Both the position numbers and the translations under genes were made by a program. A stretch of 64,000 nucleotides of DNA from Nitrososphaeria archaeon. Its GTDB lineage: Archaea > Thermoproteota > Nitrososphaeria > Nitrososphaerales > JAAOZN01. This document shows positions 8,146 to 16,451 of this stretch, piece by piece. The stretch is taken from positions 269,599-333,598 of the forward strand of contig JARVJZ010000002.1 of NCBI GenBank assembly GCA_029775855.1, written 5' to 3'. The notes beneath the pieces are model-generated. The model made no database searches. It was not told the DNA's origin and worked only from the letters and a program-made list of their open reading frames with translations. How positions within the stretch are numbered: position 1 is the stretch's first letter; each line of letters starts with the position of its first letter.

Positions 8146-8787
8146 TCAAATAGAGTTAGAAGATAAGGGGTAGGTTTGAAGCATACTTCTGCTTGCTCTT
8201 ATCTTTGTAGCCAAGCTCTCTATAGAGTGATTTAAAACCTCCTCTTTTATTCTGGTCTGACCTCTTCTTCTATATGGGTCGTTTACATAAAACCAGTCTT
8301 CTTCATAACCACTGACTACTATCCAATGTGGCACATTGTATCTATGCAAGTCATACATGTTCACTAAAACGATTGGAGCCGCTCCGGCATTAAGTGCTTC
8401 TTTGATGTCCGCAACTTTAGGTTTTCTAAATAAGATTTTTGCGCCAAGATTCTTTGACTTCTCGTAAGACAATGCCATGGCGTACTTTGCAATTTGCCCT
8501 CTGTTTTCGCCCCACCTACGCACTATTCGTTTTATCGGTATCGTTTCCTTTCTTTCTGTGACTATTTTGACTCCTATACCTCTCTTTAATAGTGGAATCG
8601 ATAGACCAAAAGCGTCCGAACCCAAAGAGCCTATCATATTACATTCTCTCCAGATTTCAAACTCTTGCCTCTTATTCATCTCAATCTCCTTACCAAATAA
8701 CTTCAAAACCATCATAACACAAGCAGGTCCACAAGTAAATTCTGTGCTTTGCCTATAATGTGGGACATCAAGCCTCATTAAACCCAT
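8146..8787 (-). CDS. Peptidase C39-like family protein
   Basis: YRQSTEFTCGPAC, PHWIVV.G, NDP catalytic motifs. Confidence 0.85.
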   Translation of the reverse strand: MGLMRLDVPHYRQSTEFTCGPACVMMVLKLFGKEIEMNKRQEFEIWRECNMIGSLGSDAFGLSIPLLKRGIGVKIVTERKETIPIKRIVRRWGENRGQIAKYAMALSYEKSKNLGAKILFRKPKVADIKEALNAGAAPIVLVNMYDLHRYNVPHWIVVSGYEEDWFYVNDPYRRRGQTRIKEEVLNHSIESLATKIRASRSMLQTYPLSSNSI

Positions 8788-9207
8788 TTACTCCCCTAAG
8801 ATCTGTAGTATAATATTCCTTGCGCGTGCCCTTATATCAAGCTCAATTAACACTATCTGCTGCCAAGTGCCCAAGCAGAGCCTCTGATTTCTGAATGGAA
8901 TGACTAAACTCGGCCCTAAAAGTGAAGCGCGGACATGAGAATGCCCGTTTCCGTCATGCCACATCTCCTCATGCCTATATTCAATATTTTTCGGCGCTAC
9001 TCTCTCTAACATCGCTGGTAAGTCTTTTAGTAAGCCTGGTTCATACTCTATTGTAGTTACAGCTGCCGTCGAGCCGACAACAAAGATCGTTAGTAACCCG
9101 TTTTCTAAACCTGAGGATTTTATTGCTTCCTGTGCTCTATCTGTTAGATCGACTATATCACATTCTCCTTTGGTTTGTATATGGATTTCTTTAGTAACTA
9201 TCTGCAT
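8788..9207 (-). CDS. YjbQ/UPF0047 family protein
   Basis: GSTAA.TTIEYEPGL, NGHSHVRASLLG, LGTWQQI. Confidence 0.93.
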   Translation of the reverse strand: MQIVTKEIHIQTKGECDIVDLTDRAQEAIKSSGLENGLLTIFVVGSTAAVTTIEYEPGLLKDLPAMLERVAPKNIEYRHEEMWHDGNGHSHVRASLLGPSLVIPFRNQRLCLGTWQQIVLIELDIRARARNIILQILGE

Positions 9208-9255
9208 ATTGTCCTCAGCCTACCATTAAGTTGGGTGATGTAAATATGCTGTGTC

Positions 9256-10773
9256 TTATGTTGGTAGTGGTGTCCATCTTTTCAAGAGGTTTATAAGTAG
9301 TCTAACACCCACACCAGTTGCACCCTTCGGTGTATATGGCTTTACCTTCGTCCCATCCTCAGGGGTGTATGCTGTACCAGCTATGTCCAGATGCGCCCAA
9401 GGAGTTGTATTTACAAAGTTGCTTAGAAAGGCTGCTGCTGTTATTGCTCCAGCAGATCTACCGCCTGAATTCTTTATATCTGCGACTTCACTCTTGATCT
9501 GGTCAAAATATTCCTTCCAAAGAGGAAGGGGCCAAACCCTTTCACCACTTACATCAGCTGCCTCCTTGACTTTATTCAGAAGCGCTTCATTATTACTAAA
9601 AAGCCCAGAAGCTTGCGAACCTAAGGCTACTACACACGCGCCAGTTAAAGTCGCTAAGTCAATTATCGCTTGAGGTTTTTCCCTCTCCACAGCATAAGCA
9701 AGCACATCTGCAAGAATAAGACGCCCCTCAGCGTCAGTATTCACAACCTCAGATGTCTTACCACCATAATGCTTTATCACATCACCAGGCTTATAGGCTG
9801 AACCGCTGGGTAGATTCTCCACGAGAGGAGCTATTGCTACAAGATTTAATGGTAGGTGAAGGTCAGCTGCAGACTGTATAGCTCCTATTACGGCTGCTGC
9901 TCCAGATTTATCGTATTTCATTTCCTCCATCTTTTCTGAAGGTTTAAGTGATATGCCTCCGCTGTCGAAAGTTACTCCTTTGCCTACCAGTACTATGGGC
10001 TTCTCATCTGCTTTCCCCCCTCTGTATCTAAGTATAACCACCTTAGGTTCCTCTTTACTTCCTTTTGAAACATTAAGTATACCACCCATACCCAGATTTT
10101 TGATCTCTTCTAAACCGAGCACAACACACTCTAAGCCAAACTTCTCAGCTACTTTTTTAGCCTCTTCTAAAACTAAACTTGGTGTCATGTCACTGCTAGG
10201 CATATTAGCTATATCCCGAGCCCACTTAACGCCTTCACATACCTTCTGAGTCTCTTCTACAACTGGTTTTAACTGCGCAGCCTTCCAATCTTGGTCTACA
10301 ATTAAAATCAATTCTTCAACACTTTTCTTTTCAGAGCGACTCTTATAGCGATTGAAGCTATATAGCGCTAACTCAGCACCTTCAACCACAGACTCTACCA
10401 TCTTACGCTCATCGAAGCCAGAGAGACTTGAATCAAACAAAGCATATCTTTGAAACCCAAGACTTGATACCCTTTGAGCAGCTTCAGCAGAAGCTATTCT
10501 AAAGGATTCACTCGTCAAATCCTGCTTTGGCCCTAATCCTACAAGTAGTAAGTAGTCTGGTTTAATTTTACCAGCTGTATATATCAAAAAACTAGTGTAG
10601 AGCTTACCTTTAAAGACCTCTGTGTTTAACGCTTTCATCACACCATTACCCAGCAGCTCATTAATTTCTTGCAGCGGTTGGCTAAGATACGTTGTGTCTT
10701 CAAGTAGAAAGGAAACAAGGACTGTTGCGTCAACATCCTTTGGTTTTACTGATGTAATAGATACTTTCAACAT
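9256..10773 (-). CDS. pepA: Leucyl aminopeptidase (M17)
   Basis: GKGVTFDSGG, MKYDKSG, NTDAEGRL, DLATLTGA, HLDIAG. Confidence 0.97.
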   Translation of the reverse strand: MLKVSITSVKPKDVDATVLVSFLLEDTTYLSQPLQEINELLGNGVMKALNTEVFKGKLYTSFLIYTAGKIKPDYLLLVGLGPKQDLTSESFRIASAEAAQRVSSLGFQRYALFDSSLSGFDERKMVESVVEGAELALYSFNRYKSRSEKKSVEELILIVDQDWKAAQLKPVVEETQKVCEGVKWARDIANMPSSDMTPSLVLEEAKKVAEKFGLECVVLGLEEIKNLGMGGILNVSKGSKEEPKVVILRYRGGKADEKPIVLVGKGVTFDSGGISLKPSEKMEEMKYDKSGAAAVIGAIQSAADLHLPLNLVAIAPLVENLPSGSAYKPGDVIKHYGGKTSEVVNTDAEGRLILADVLAYAVEREKPQAIIDLATLTGACVVALGSQASGLFSNNEALLNKVKEAADVSGERVWPLPLWKEYFDQIKSEVADIKNSGGRSAGAITAAAFLSNFVNTTPWAHLDIAGTAYTPEDGTKVKPYTPKGATGVGVRLLINLLKRWTPLPT

Positions 10774-10866
10774 TTGTCATCGATATATGCTTCGACTCAG
10801 ATGCTTATATCGTTGATGGCTCAACAGCTTTGTAAAAGAACGTTTGCGTAGACGGTTTACTGACGT

Positions 10867-11154
10867 TTACACGCGCTTACCCCTTATCAGCTCAAGCTCT
10901 AAGACAACAACTTTAAAAGGTAACCCGTCTCTGCCAACTACTGTGTCGCGGTCGATATTTGCGACACGTATTTCGACGTCTCTCATGAATCTGCTTTGAA
11001 GGAGTTGAACAACTTCTACAGCCACATTAATGGCACGCCCTCTGGCGCGAATTTTTATCCTTTTTTCGCCATTGTTAAAGAGGGTTATGCAAGCTGTGAC
11101 ATAGTTAAGGACAGGTTTAGATGTGCCAACTATCACGAGCTTGGGTTGGTTCAA
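10867..11154 (-). CDS. albA: Alba chromatin protein
   Basis: KPVLNYV, IRARGRAINVAVEV. Confidence 0.9.
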   Translation of the reverse strand: MNQPKLVIVGTSKPVLNYVTACITLFNNGEKRIKIRARGRAINVAVEVVQLLQSRFMRDVEIRVANIDRDTVVGRDGLPFKVVVLELELIRGKRV

Positions 11155-11261
11155 CTCCTCCCCTCTTATTAACGCTACAAACCACGCTTATATTAGCAGT
11201 GAGGTATAAGTCTCTTAGAATACTGAAGGCTTAAAAATATGATGTATGTTAATATCTTGCG

Positions 11262-11516
11262 ATGGTTGAAGACAGATTAGAGCGTGAGGACAAACCCCTT
11301 CTCTACATGCATAATCTTGGCATAGTTAATGTTAAGCGTGCCAAGAAGATCGAAGAATTGGCCTCCATACTATCTATAGGAATAGAAGAGTTAAAGAGGC
11401 TGCTCGGGCACAACGAAGCTCAAGGTTACATCGAAAGCACTGTGGTTGAAAATGGGGAGAAAGCCTACTATTTGAGCCCAAAGGGTATAGTAAAAGTCTG
11501 CTCTTGTTTTAGCTAA
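11262..11516 (+). CDS. Small winged-helix hypothetical protein
   Basis: IEELASIL...GYIE...YYLSPKGI pattern. Confidence 0.6.
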   Translation: MVEDRLEREDKPLLYMHNLGIVNVKRAKKIEELASILSIGIEELKRLLGHNEAQGYIESTVVENGEKAYYLSPKGIVKVCSCFS

Positions 11517-11537
11517 TGCTTCATAGCGTCAGTTAGG

Positions 11538-12143
11538 ATGGTTCTATTGAAGGTGTTGATCTTAAGCTGGGAATACCCTCCTCACATCGTGGGTGAGATG
11601 GCTTGGCACGTGCGTGAATTGGCAAGGCGTCTTAAAGCAAAAGGTTTAGATGTTTATGTAGCAACATACTCATCTTCGAACGAGCGTGTAGATGTTGATG
11701 AAGGTGTTGTTGTATCACGGGTCAAACCTCCTATTAGCGTTACATCAAATATTGTTGTATGGTCTTTGCTTTTCACTTCAAAACTGCAAGCCGCGGCTGC
11801 TGAGATGATCTATAAAAATGGTCCTTTTGATATAGTTGATGCGCATGAATGGATTACCGTTGACGCGGCATTAGCTCTTAAAGACCGTTTTGAAATACCC
11901 TTCGTCTACACTCTCCACAGTTTAGAGAAGCATCGTTCTGCAAACTCATCTACACCACTCAATATAGCTATCGAAGGTATAGAGGAGTTGGGGTGTAGAG
12001 AAGCAAAGTGTATAATAGTTAACTCCGAGTGGATGAGAAAAGAAGTAGTCACTAAGATTAGTGGAGTAGAAGAAAAGATAAATGTGGCTCAACCTTACAC
12101 AGAAAGTTGGATAGATAAAGTTTTAGAGTCCTACCAGCGGTGA
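11538..12143 (+). CDS. Glycosyltransferase family 4 N-terminal domain only
   Basis: SWEYPP..VG, AHEW, TLHSLE; ends before the C-terminal GT-B domain. Confidence 0.8.
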   Translation: MVLLKVLILSWEYPPHIVGEMAWHVRELARRLKAKGLDVYVATYSSSNERVDVDEGVVVSRVKPPISVTSNIVVWSLLFTSKLQAAAAEMIYKNGPFDIVDAHEWITVDAALALKDRFEIPFVYTLHSLEKHRSANSSTPLNIAIEGIEELGCREAKCIIVNSEWMRKEVVTKISGVEEKINVAQPYTESWIDKVLESYQR

Positions 12144-12153
12144 ACGAAACCCT

Positions 12154-13329
12154 TTGGATATAAGTGTTATTATGCTGACTTGGGAGTTTCCACCTAGAAT
12201 CATAGGTGGTATAGCACCGCACGTCTATAACCTGTCCACACAATTAGTCAAGCTTGGTGTAGATGTGCAAGTTGTGACTTGTGACTTCCCTAACACGCCT
12301 GAGTATGAGGTCGTTGAAGGTGTTGCTGTGCACAGATTCGATTCATATAAGCATCCAACGCCAGACTTCGCTGCTTGGATTCAATTGATGAATCTGAATA
12401 TGCAAAGAGCTGCTACGCAAATAATCAAGGCAAAAAAAGGTAGAGCAATAATACTGCATGCACATGACTGGCTAACCGCGAAGGCTGGTATAGGTTTAAA
12501 ACATCTAAATAGGCTGCCGCTCGTCACAACAATCCACGCTACTGAATATGGGCGTAGAGGTGGAGTATTTACAGAATATAATCAGATGATCCATGAGATC
12601 GAAGTTTGGCTTGGCCACGAGTCTAAGAAGGTTATATGTTGCAGCCGCTTTATGGCTGAGCAAGTAAATAAAGTTCTTGGGGTACCTTATGAGAAGATAC
12701 AAGTTATACCTAATGGAATAGATCCAAAGATCTTTTCGGGGTTAAAAGATGTGGATGCGGTGCGAAGTAGGTTTGTCGACAAAAATGGAGTTCTTATTCT
12801 TTTTGTCGGTAGGTTGGTTGTGGAGAAAGGTGTGCGTGTTCTTTTAGATGCTATCCCTAAAGTGCTTCGAAAGGTTGATGCGCGCTTTGTTATAGCTGGA
12901 GACGGCTACATGAAGAATGAAGTTCTAAGCCGAATTTCGCAAGATGGGCTTAAGGATAAGGTTGCTGTCACAGGATATCTCGACACTGAGATGATAAGAA
13001 AACTTTTTTTGGCTGCTGATGTATGCGTAGTACCATCCATCTACGAACCGTTTGGAATAGTTGCGTTAGAAGCTATGGCAGCAGGCTGCCCAGTAGTTGC
13101 ATCAGACACAGGTGGGCTTTCAGAGATCATAGAGCACGAGAAGACAGGCATTAAAGTCTACCCTAACAACGCTGATTCTCTTGCTTGGGGGATTTTAAGG
13201 GTGCTGGAGTCAAAAGAGCTTGTTGAGCAGATTCGGAAAAATATGCGTGAGAAGGTTGAACGTGAATATAAGTGGAGTGCTATCGCTGAAGCAACAAAAA
13301 ATGTTTACGAGAAGGTCGTTGCTAATTAA
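12154..13329 (+). CDS. Glycosyltransferase family 4
   Basis: WEFPP..GGI, HAHDW, FVGRL..EKG, PS.YEPFGIVALEAMA. Confidence 0.94.
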   Translation: MDISVIMLTWEFPPRIIGGIAPHVYNLSTQLVKLGVDVQVVTCDFPNTPEYEVVEGVAVHRFDSYKHPTPDFAAWIQLMNLNMQRAATQIIKAKKGRAIILHAHDWLTAKAGIGLKHLNRLPLVTTIHATEYGRRGGVFTEYNQMIHEIEVWLGHESKKVICCSRFMAEQVNKVLGVPYEKIQVIPNGIDPKIFSGLKDVDAVRSRFVDKNGVLILFVGRLVVEKGVRVLLDAIPKVLRKVDARFVIAGDGYMKNEVLSRISQDGLKDKVAVTGYLDTEMIRKLFLAADVCVVPSIYEPFGIVALEAMAAGCPVVASDTGGLSEIIEHEKTGIKVYPNNADSLAWGILRVLESKELVEQIRKNMREKVEREYKWSAIAEATKNVYEKVVAN

Positions 13330-14627
13330 AGGTAGTCTTTCATGCTCTTCTGATGCAAAGCTTCTCTTAGGATTACACTATGCTCTATCCAAGACCGTAA
13401 AGGCACATTAAGTAGACCTTTAACAAACTTCAACACATCGTCTAACGTATCAAATATCAGCGGCTTGCTCTTGAAGGCTGCGCGAACGCTTTCCCTAACA
13501 TTCCAAACACCAACAGGAAGTATGTACTCTGGATATATCTCGCGTAAAACGAGCGCTGTTGCTTGACGCCCATATCTGTTAAGAGCCTCAGCAACCGCTA
13601 GTCGTGTAGAATAGTAGCATCCACCTATAGCGGGGTAAGTCTTACGACCCCAGTATCCTTCATAATCGCCCATCAATGCAGGCTTAGATGAAGCCCCTTC
13701 AGGGTTCCAAGGTGTGCCTGGGAACCAAGCTTCTATCCACTCGAAGCTCCAAGTTTTTGGCATTAGTACGGCTATGTAGAGGTTTCCTATGTTCTTAAGG
13801 TAGTAGACTAAGTATTTATCCACTGTAGGTTTGTTTCTTACCTCTTTTACGAGTAATTCTGAAATTATGCTGTCTACTGCTGTTATGCTCCACCTTGTTG
13901 GAACAAGCCTCCGTCTTTTTCCTTCTCCGAACATTCCTAAGCTGAAGGCGCGCTGTATTCTTGTAACCATAACTCCTTTCCTATATAGGTCAGCTACAGC
14001 TTCTGCAGCCTTCAGATCTTTATCGTAATACGCCTTCTCTATTCTTTTATCAACACTACTATCTGCTGCCTTGAACGATCTTAAGGGTGCTGATGGGCCG
14101 AAGGGTTGAGTTATATCTGATAAGATGAGCATCTTTGTAGGCTTCTTTTCAAAGACCGCTTCTGCATCTACCGATCTTGTGCTTAACGCTAACTCTTGTA
14201 GTGTATCTAGAAGTCTATGCCCAGTTGAAGCGGCTTTAACATCAACTCTACTTTTGCCTCTAATAAGATTGTATCTGAAACTTACTATCTCTTCTATTCC
14301 TCTACCCAGCCACCACTCGGGTGTATCTAAAAGAACGGTATCACCGTAAAAATGGGGTATAAGAGGGCCGACATACACTTTTGGGTAGCCTAAGCGTCCT
14401 ACGAAAGCTGCTGGGGGTGTTGAACCAGCAAGTTGTTCACGGTCTATCTCACCTTTAATTTTAACTAAAGCTTCGGCTTTTAATAAGATGGGGCATCGTG
14501 CTTTACCGCAGAGCATCTTAGCTCCTCTACATGCTAAGCATAGGGTGGGGTAGACTCTGCCTGAAACCCTTATGCCTTCTCCAAGCGCTTCAACTATACT
14601 GTGTGGTAAAATATCTTCTATCCCCAC
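13326..14627 (-). CDS. nreA: Nre family DNA repair protein
   Basis: C..CRG...LCG...CP, FVGR.GYPKV, PTRWSITAVD, GGCYY, VGVW.VRE; C-terminal PIP-like QKSMKDYL. Confidence 0.93.
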   Translation of the reverse strand: MGIEDILPHSIVEALGEGIRVSGRVYPTLCLACRGAKMLCGKARCPILLKAEALVKIKGEIDREQLAGSTPPAAFVGRLGYPKVYVGPLIPHFYGDTVLLDTPEWWLGRGIEEIVSFRYNLIRGKSRVDVKAASTGHRLLDTLQELALSTRSVDAEAVFEKKPTKMLILSDITQPFGPSAPLRSFKAADSSVDKRIEKAYYDKDLKAAEAVADLYRKGVMVTRIQRAFSLGMFGEGKRRRLVPTRWSITAVDSIISELLVKEVRNKPTVDKYLVYYLKNIGNLYIAVLMPKTWSFEWIEAWFPGTPWNPEGASSKPALMGDYEGYWGRKTYPAIGGCYYSTRLAVAEALNRYGRQATALVLREIYPEYILPVGVWNVRESVRAAFKSKPLIFDTLDDVLKFVKGLLNVPLRSWIEHSVILREALHQKSMKDYL

Positions 14628-14679
14628 CCTTTGAGCACCATCGTTTACTATAGTGTTCTGGCTCTTGATTAACCTAACT

Positions 14680-15765
14680 TTAGATGGTTAGTGTTAGCGA
14701 TATTTCATCGATGTTTTTAGCCGCTTTGCTTCTCTTATTTTTAGAGAGTTTTAACATTAGTTCGTAAGCTGATTTAAACTCTTGTAGAGGTTTAGCTTCA
14801 ATAACTTTATCTGCAAGCATCCCTTCAATTGCTTCTTCACCTAATTTGCTCCTTATCAGAACAGCGGACCAACCATCTAACCCCACTCCTCCAGCAGAAA
14901 CATCTGCATCTACGGCTGTGAAGTCGTCACAGAATTCACAAGCCTTTCTTACATAACTCTTCACATCCTTTAGTGGTATTTCATGCTGCCGTCCGTCTTT
15001 CAGATAGATGAAGAACTTTCCTTTAATGTTAGTTTTAGCTATCTGCTCTAAAGGTATCTTCATCTCCCCCTCAATTTTTTGCTTCATTAACCCAACATAG
15101 TCAAAGCTCTCGCTGCAAAACAGCCCAATTGAAATCTTAATGCGTTCAAAAGGTTTAATGTTATTTCGCTGAGCCTTTTTAAGTGAATGAATCTGACACG
15201 GAACACCTACAAACGCAATCTTACCTGAAGAGTAAGGTGCTAACTTAGGTATTTCATCTAATAAAGAAAGTATGTTTGGTGAATAAGTGTATCTTGTCCC
15301 AGCTGACGAAAGTATTTCTTCAGCGGTCTTTGCTAAGCGTGGTTCAGCTAGCTGAGGCTGTTCGCCTACACCAGAAAGTAGGGCAGCGTCTATCATGCCA
15401 TTTTCGTAAGCCCAAAGGAGAAGTGTGGTCACAAACCCTCCGTCTTGGCATACTCGGCGCACATCCTCTCTCGTCGTTCTCACAGCGTAAGCAGCCCTAA
15501 CCTCACCTACACCTTCAACTGCCTCACGGCTGATAAACCCAAGCTTCTCCATAAGTATATCAGCTCTAGCGCACGAATGTAGACAGATTCCGCAATCTAT
15601 ACATCTGGATTCTTCTCTTAGAGGTTTGCCAGCATAATCTAAACAATCCCTACTGTTAACTTTACAAGCCACTATACAAGTGCCACACTTTGAGCATAAT
15701 TCTGTAGCAACAACCTTATCTAATATATTAGTATATTTTAAACCCTTCAACCATCTAAGGCTCAT
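14680..15765 (-). CDS. Coenzyme F420 hydrogenase/dehydrogenase beta-subunit family protein with N-terminal 2x[4Fe-4S]
   Basis: CSKCGTC, CIDCGIC, QDGG.VT, GTRY, VG.PCQ, IGLFC, C.FC.DF...AD.S.G. Confidence 0.9.
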   Translation of the reverse strand: MSLRWLKGLKYTNILDKVVATELCSKCGTCIVACKVNSRDCLDYAGKPLREESRCIDCGICLHSCARADILMEKLGFISREAVEGVGEVRAAYAVRTTREDVRRVCQDGGFVTTLLLWAYENGMIDAALLSGVGEQPQLAEPRLAKTAEEILSSAGTRYTYSPNILSLLDEIPKLAPYSSGKIAFVGVPCQIHSLKKAQRNNIKPFERIKISIGLFCSESFDYVGLMKQKIEGEMKIPLEQIAKTNIKGKFFIYLKDGRQHEIPLKDVKSYVRKACEFCDDFTAVDADVSAGGVGLDGWSAVLIRSKLGEEAIEGMLADKVIEAKPLQEFKSAYELMLKLSKNKRSKAAKNIDEISLTLTI

Positions 15766-15801
15766 TCTGCGATTAATCCTAACATAACTTAAATTTAAAG
15801 T

Positions 15802-16227
15802 CTAATGTTTATAGCCAAATAAGTAGAATTCGATTGCTAAAGCGATTAGCAGCCCCATCGCACCAGCAAATAAGTAAAAGTTTGTTAAACGCCTACTTGA
15901 GAGAAATCTGCTTCCACGGTAAATAAAGTAGATACTTGCTGTCCCAAGAATTAGGGTGAAGATGTTTATTATCGTCTCCCCTATGCTTTGAACGGTTGAA
16001 GATACAAAGATAATAGCTTGAGGGGCTCTAATTCTCAAGCCTTCAAGTGCGGCATTCACGCTTCCGCCTAAAAGGATGAGAAGCGCTAGTAGATATAATC
16101 CTTCTATTAGCTTATTGAAAGATGGTGTGAGTAGGCTTTTTACTCTTCTTATTATTCGGCTTCTCTCTAATCTTTTGATTATGCTAAAAGATAGGTTGTC
16201 AAGAGTCCTCTTTAACACCATTATCAA
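15802..16227 (-). CDS. Three-TM membrane protein, possible OST3/OST6/DC2-like
   Basis: LLGG..N, Q...ET.I, three hydrophobic helices ending F..K. Confidence 0.55.
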   Translation of the reverse strand: MIMVLKRTLDNLSFSIIKRLERSRIIRRVKSLLTPSFNKLIEGLYLLALLILLGGSVNAALEGLRIRAPQAIIFVSSTVQSIGETIINIFTLILGTASIYFIYRGSRFLSSRRLTNFYLFAGAMGLLIALAIEFYLFGYKH

Positions 16228-16451
16228 CTCCTCTCCTTTATGCGCTTAAGCTCCATCTTTGCAACCTCTTTAATCCATTCTCCACATTCGGGCAACTCCA
16301 GTAGTCTCTCCAAATACTTCACTTCACTTATGTTGTCGTACGCCCTACACCAACGCTGATACCCTTCTTTAAGGCTTCTGTATGCTTCATCGTGGTAAAA
16401 GCAGAGACCGTATTTAGATTTGCTTTCTCTCCAGCAGAGTAGACACTTCAA
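16224..16451 (-). CDS. Small zinc-binding hypothetical protein
   Basis: C..C...LC..H, W..AY, G.WI.EV; overlaps the ends of both neighbouring genes by 4 nt. Confidence 0.7.
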   Translation of the reverse strand: MKCLLCWRESKSKYGLCFYHDEAYRSLKEGYQRWCRAYDNISEVKYLERLLELPECGEWIKEVAKMELKRIKERS

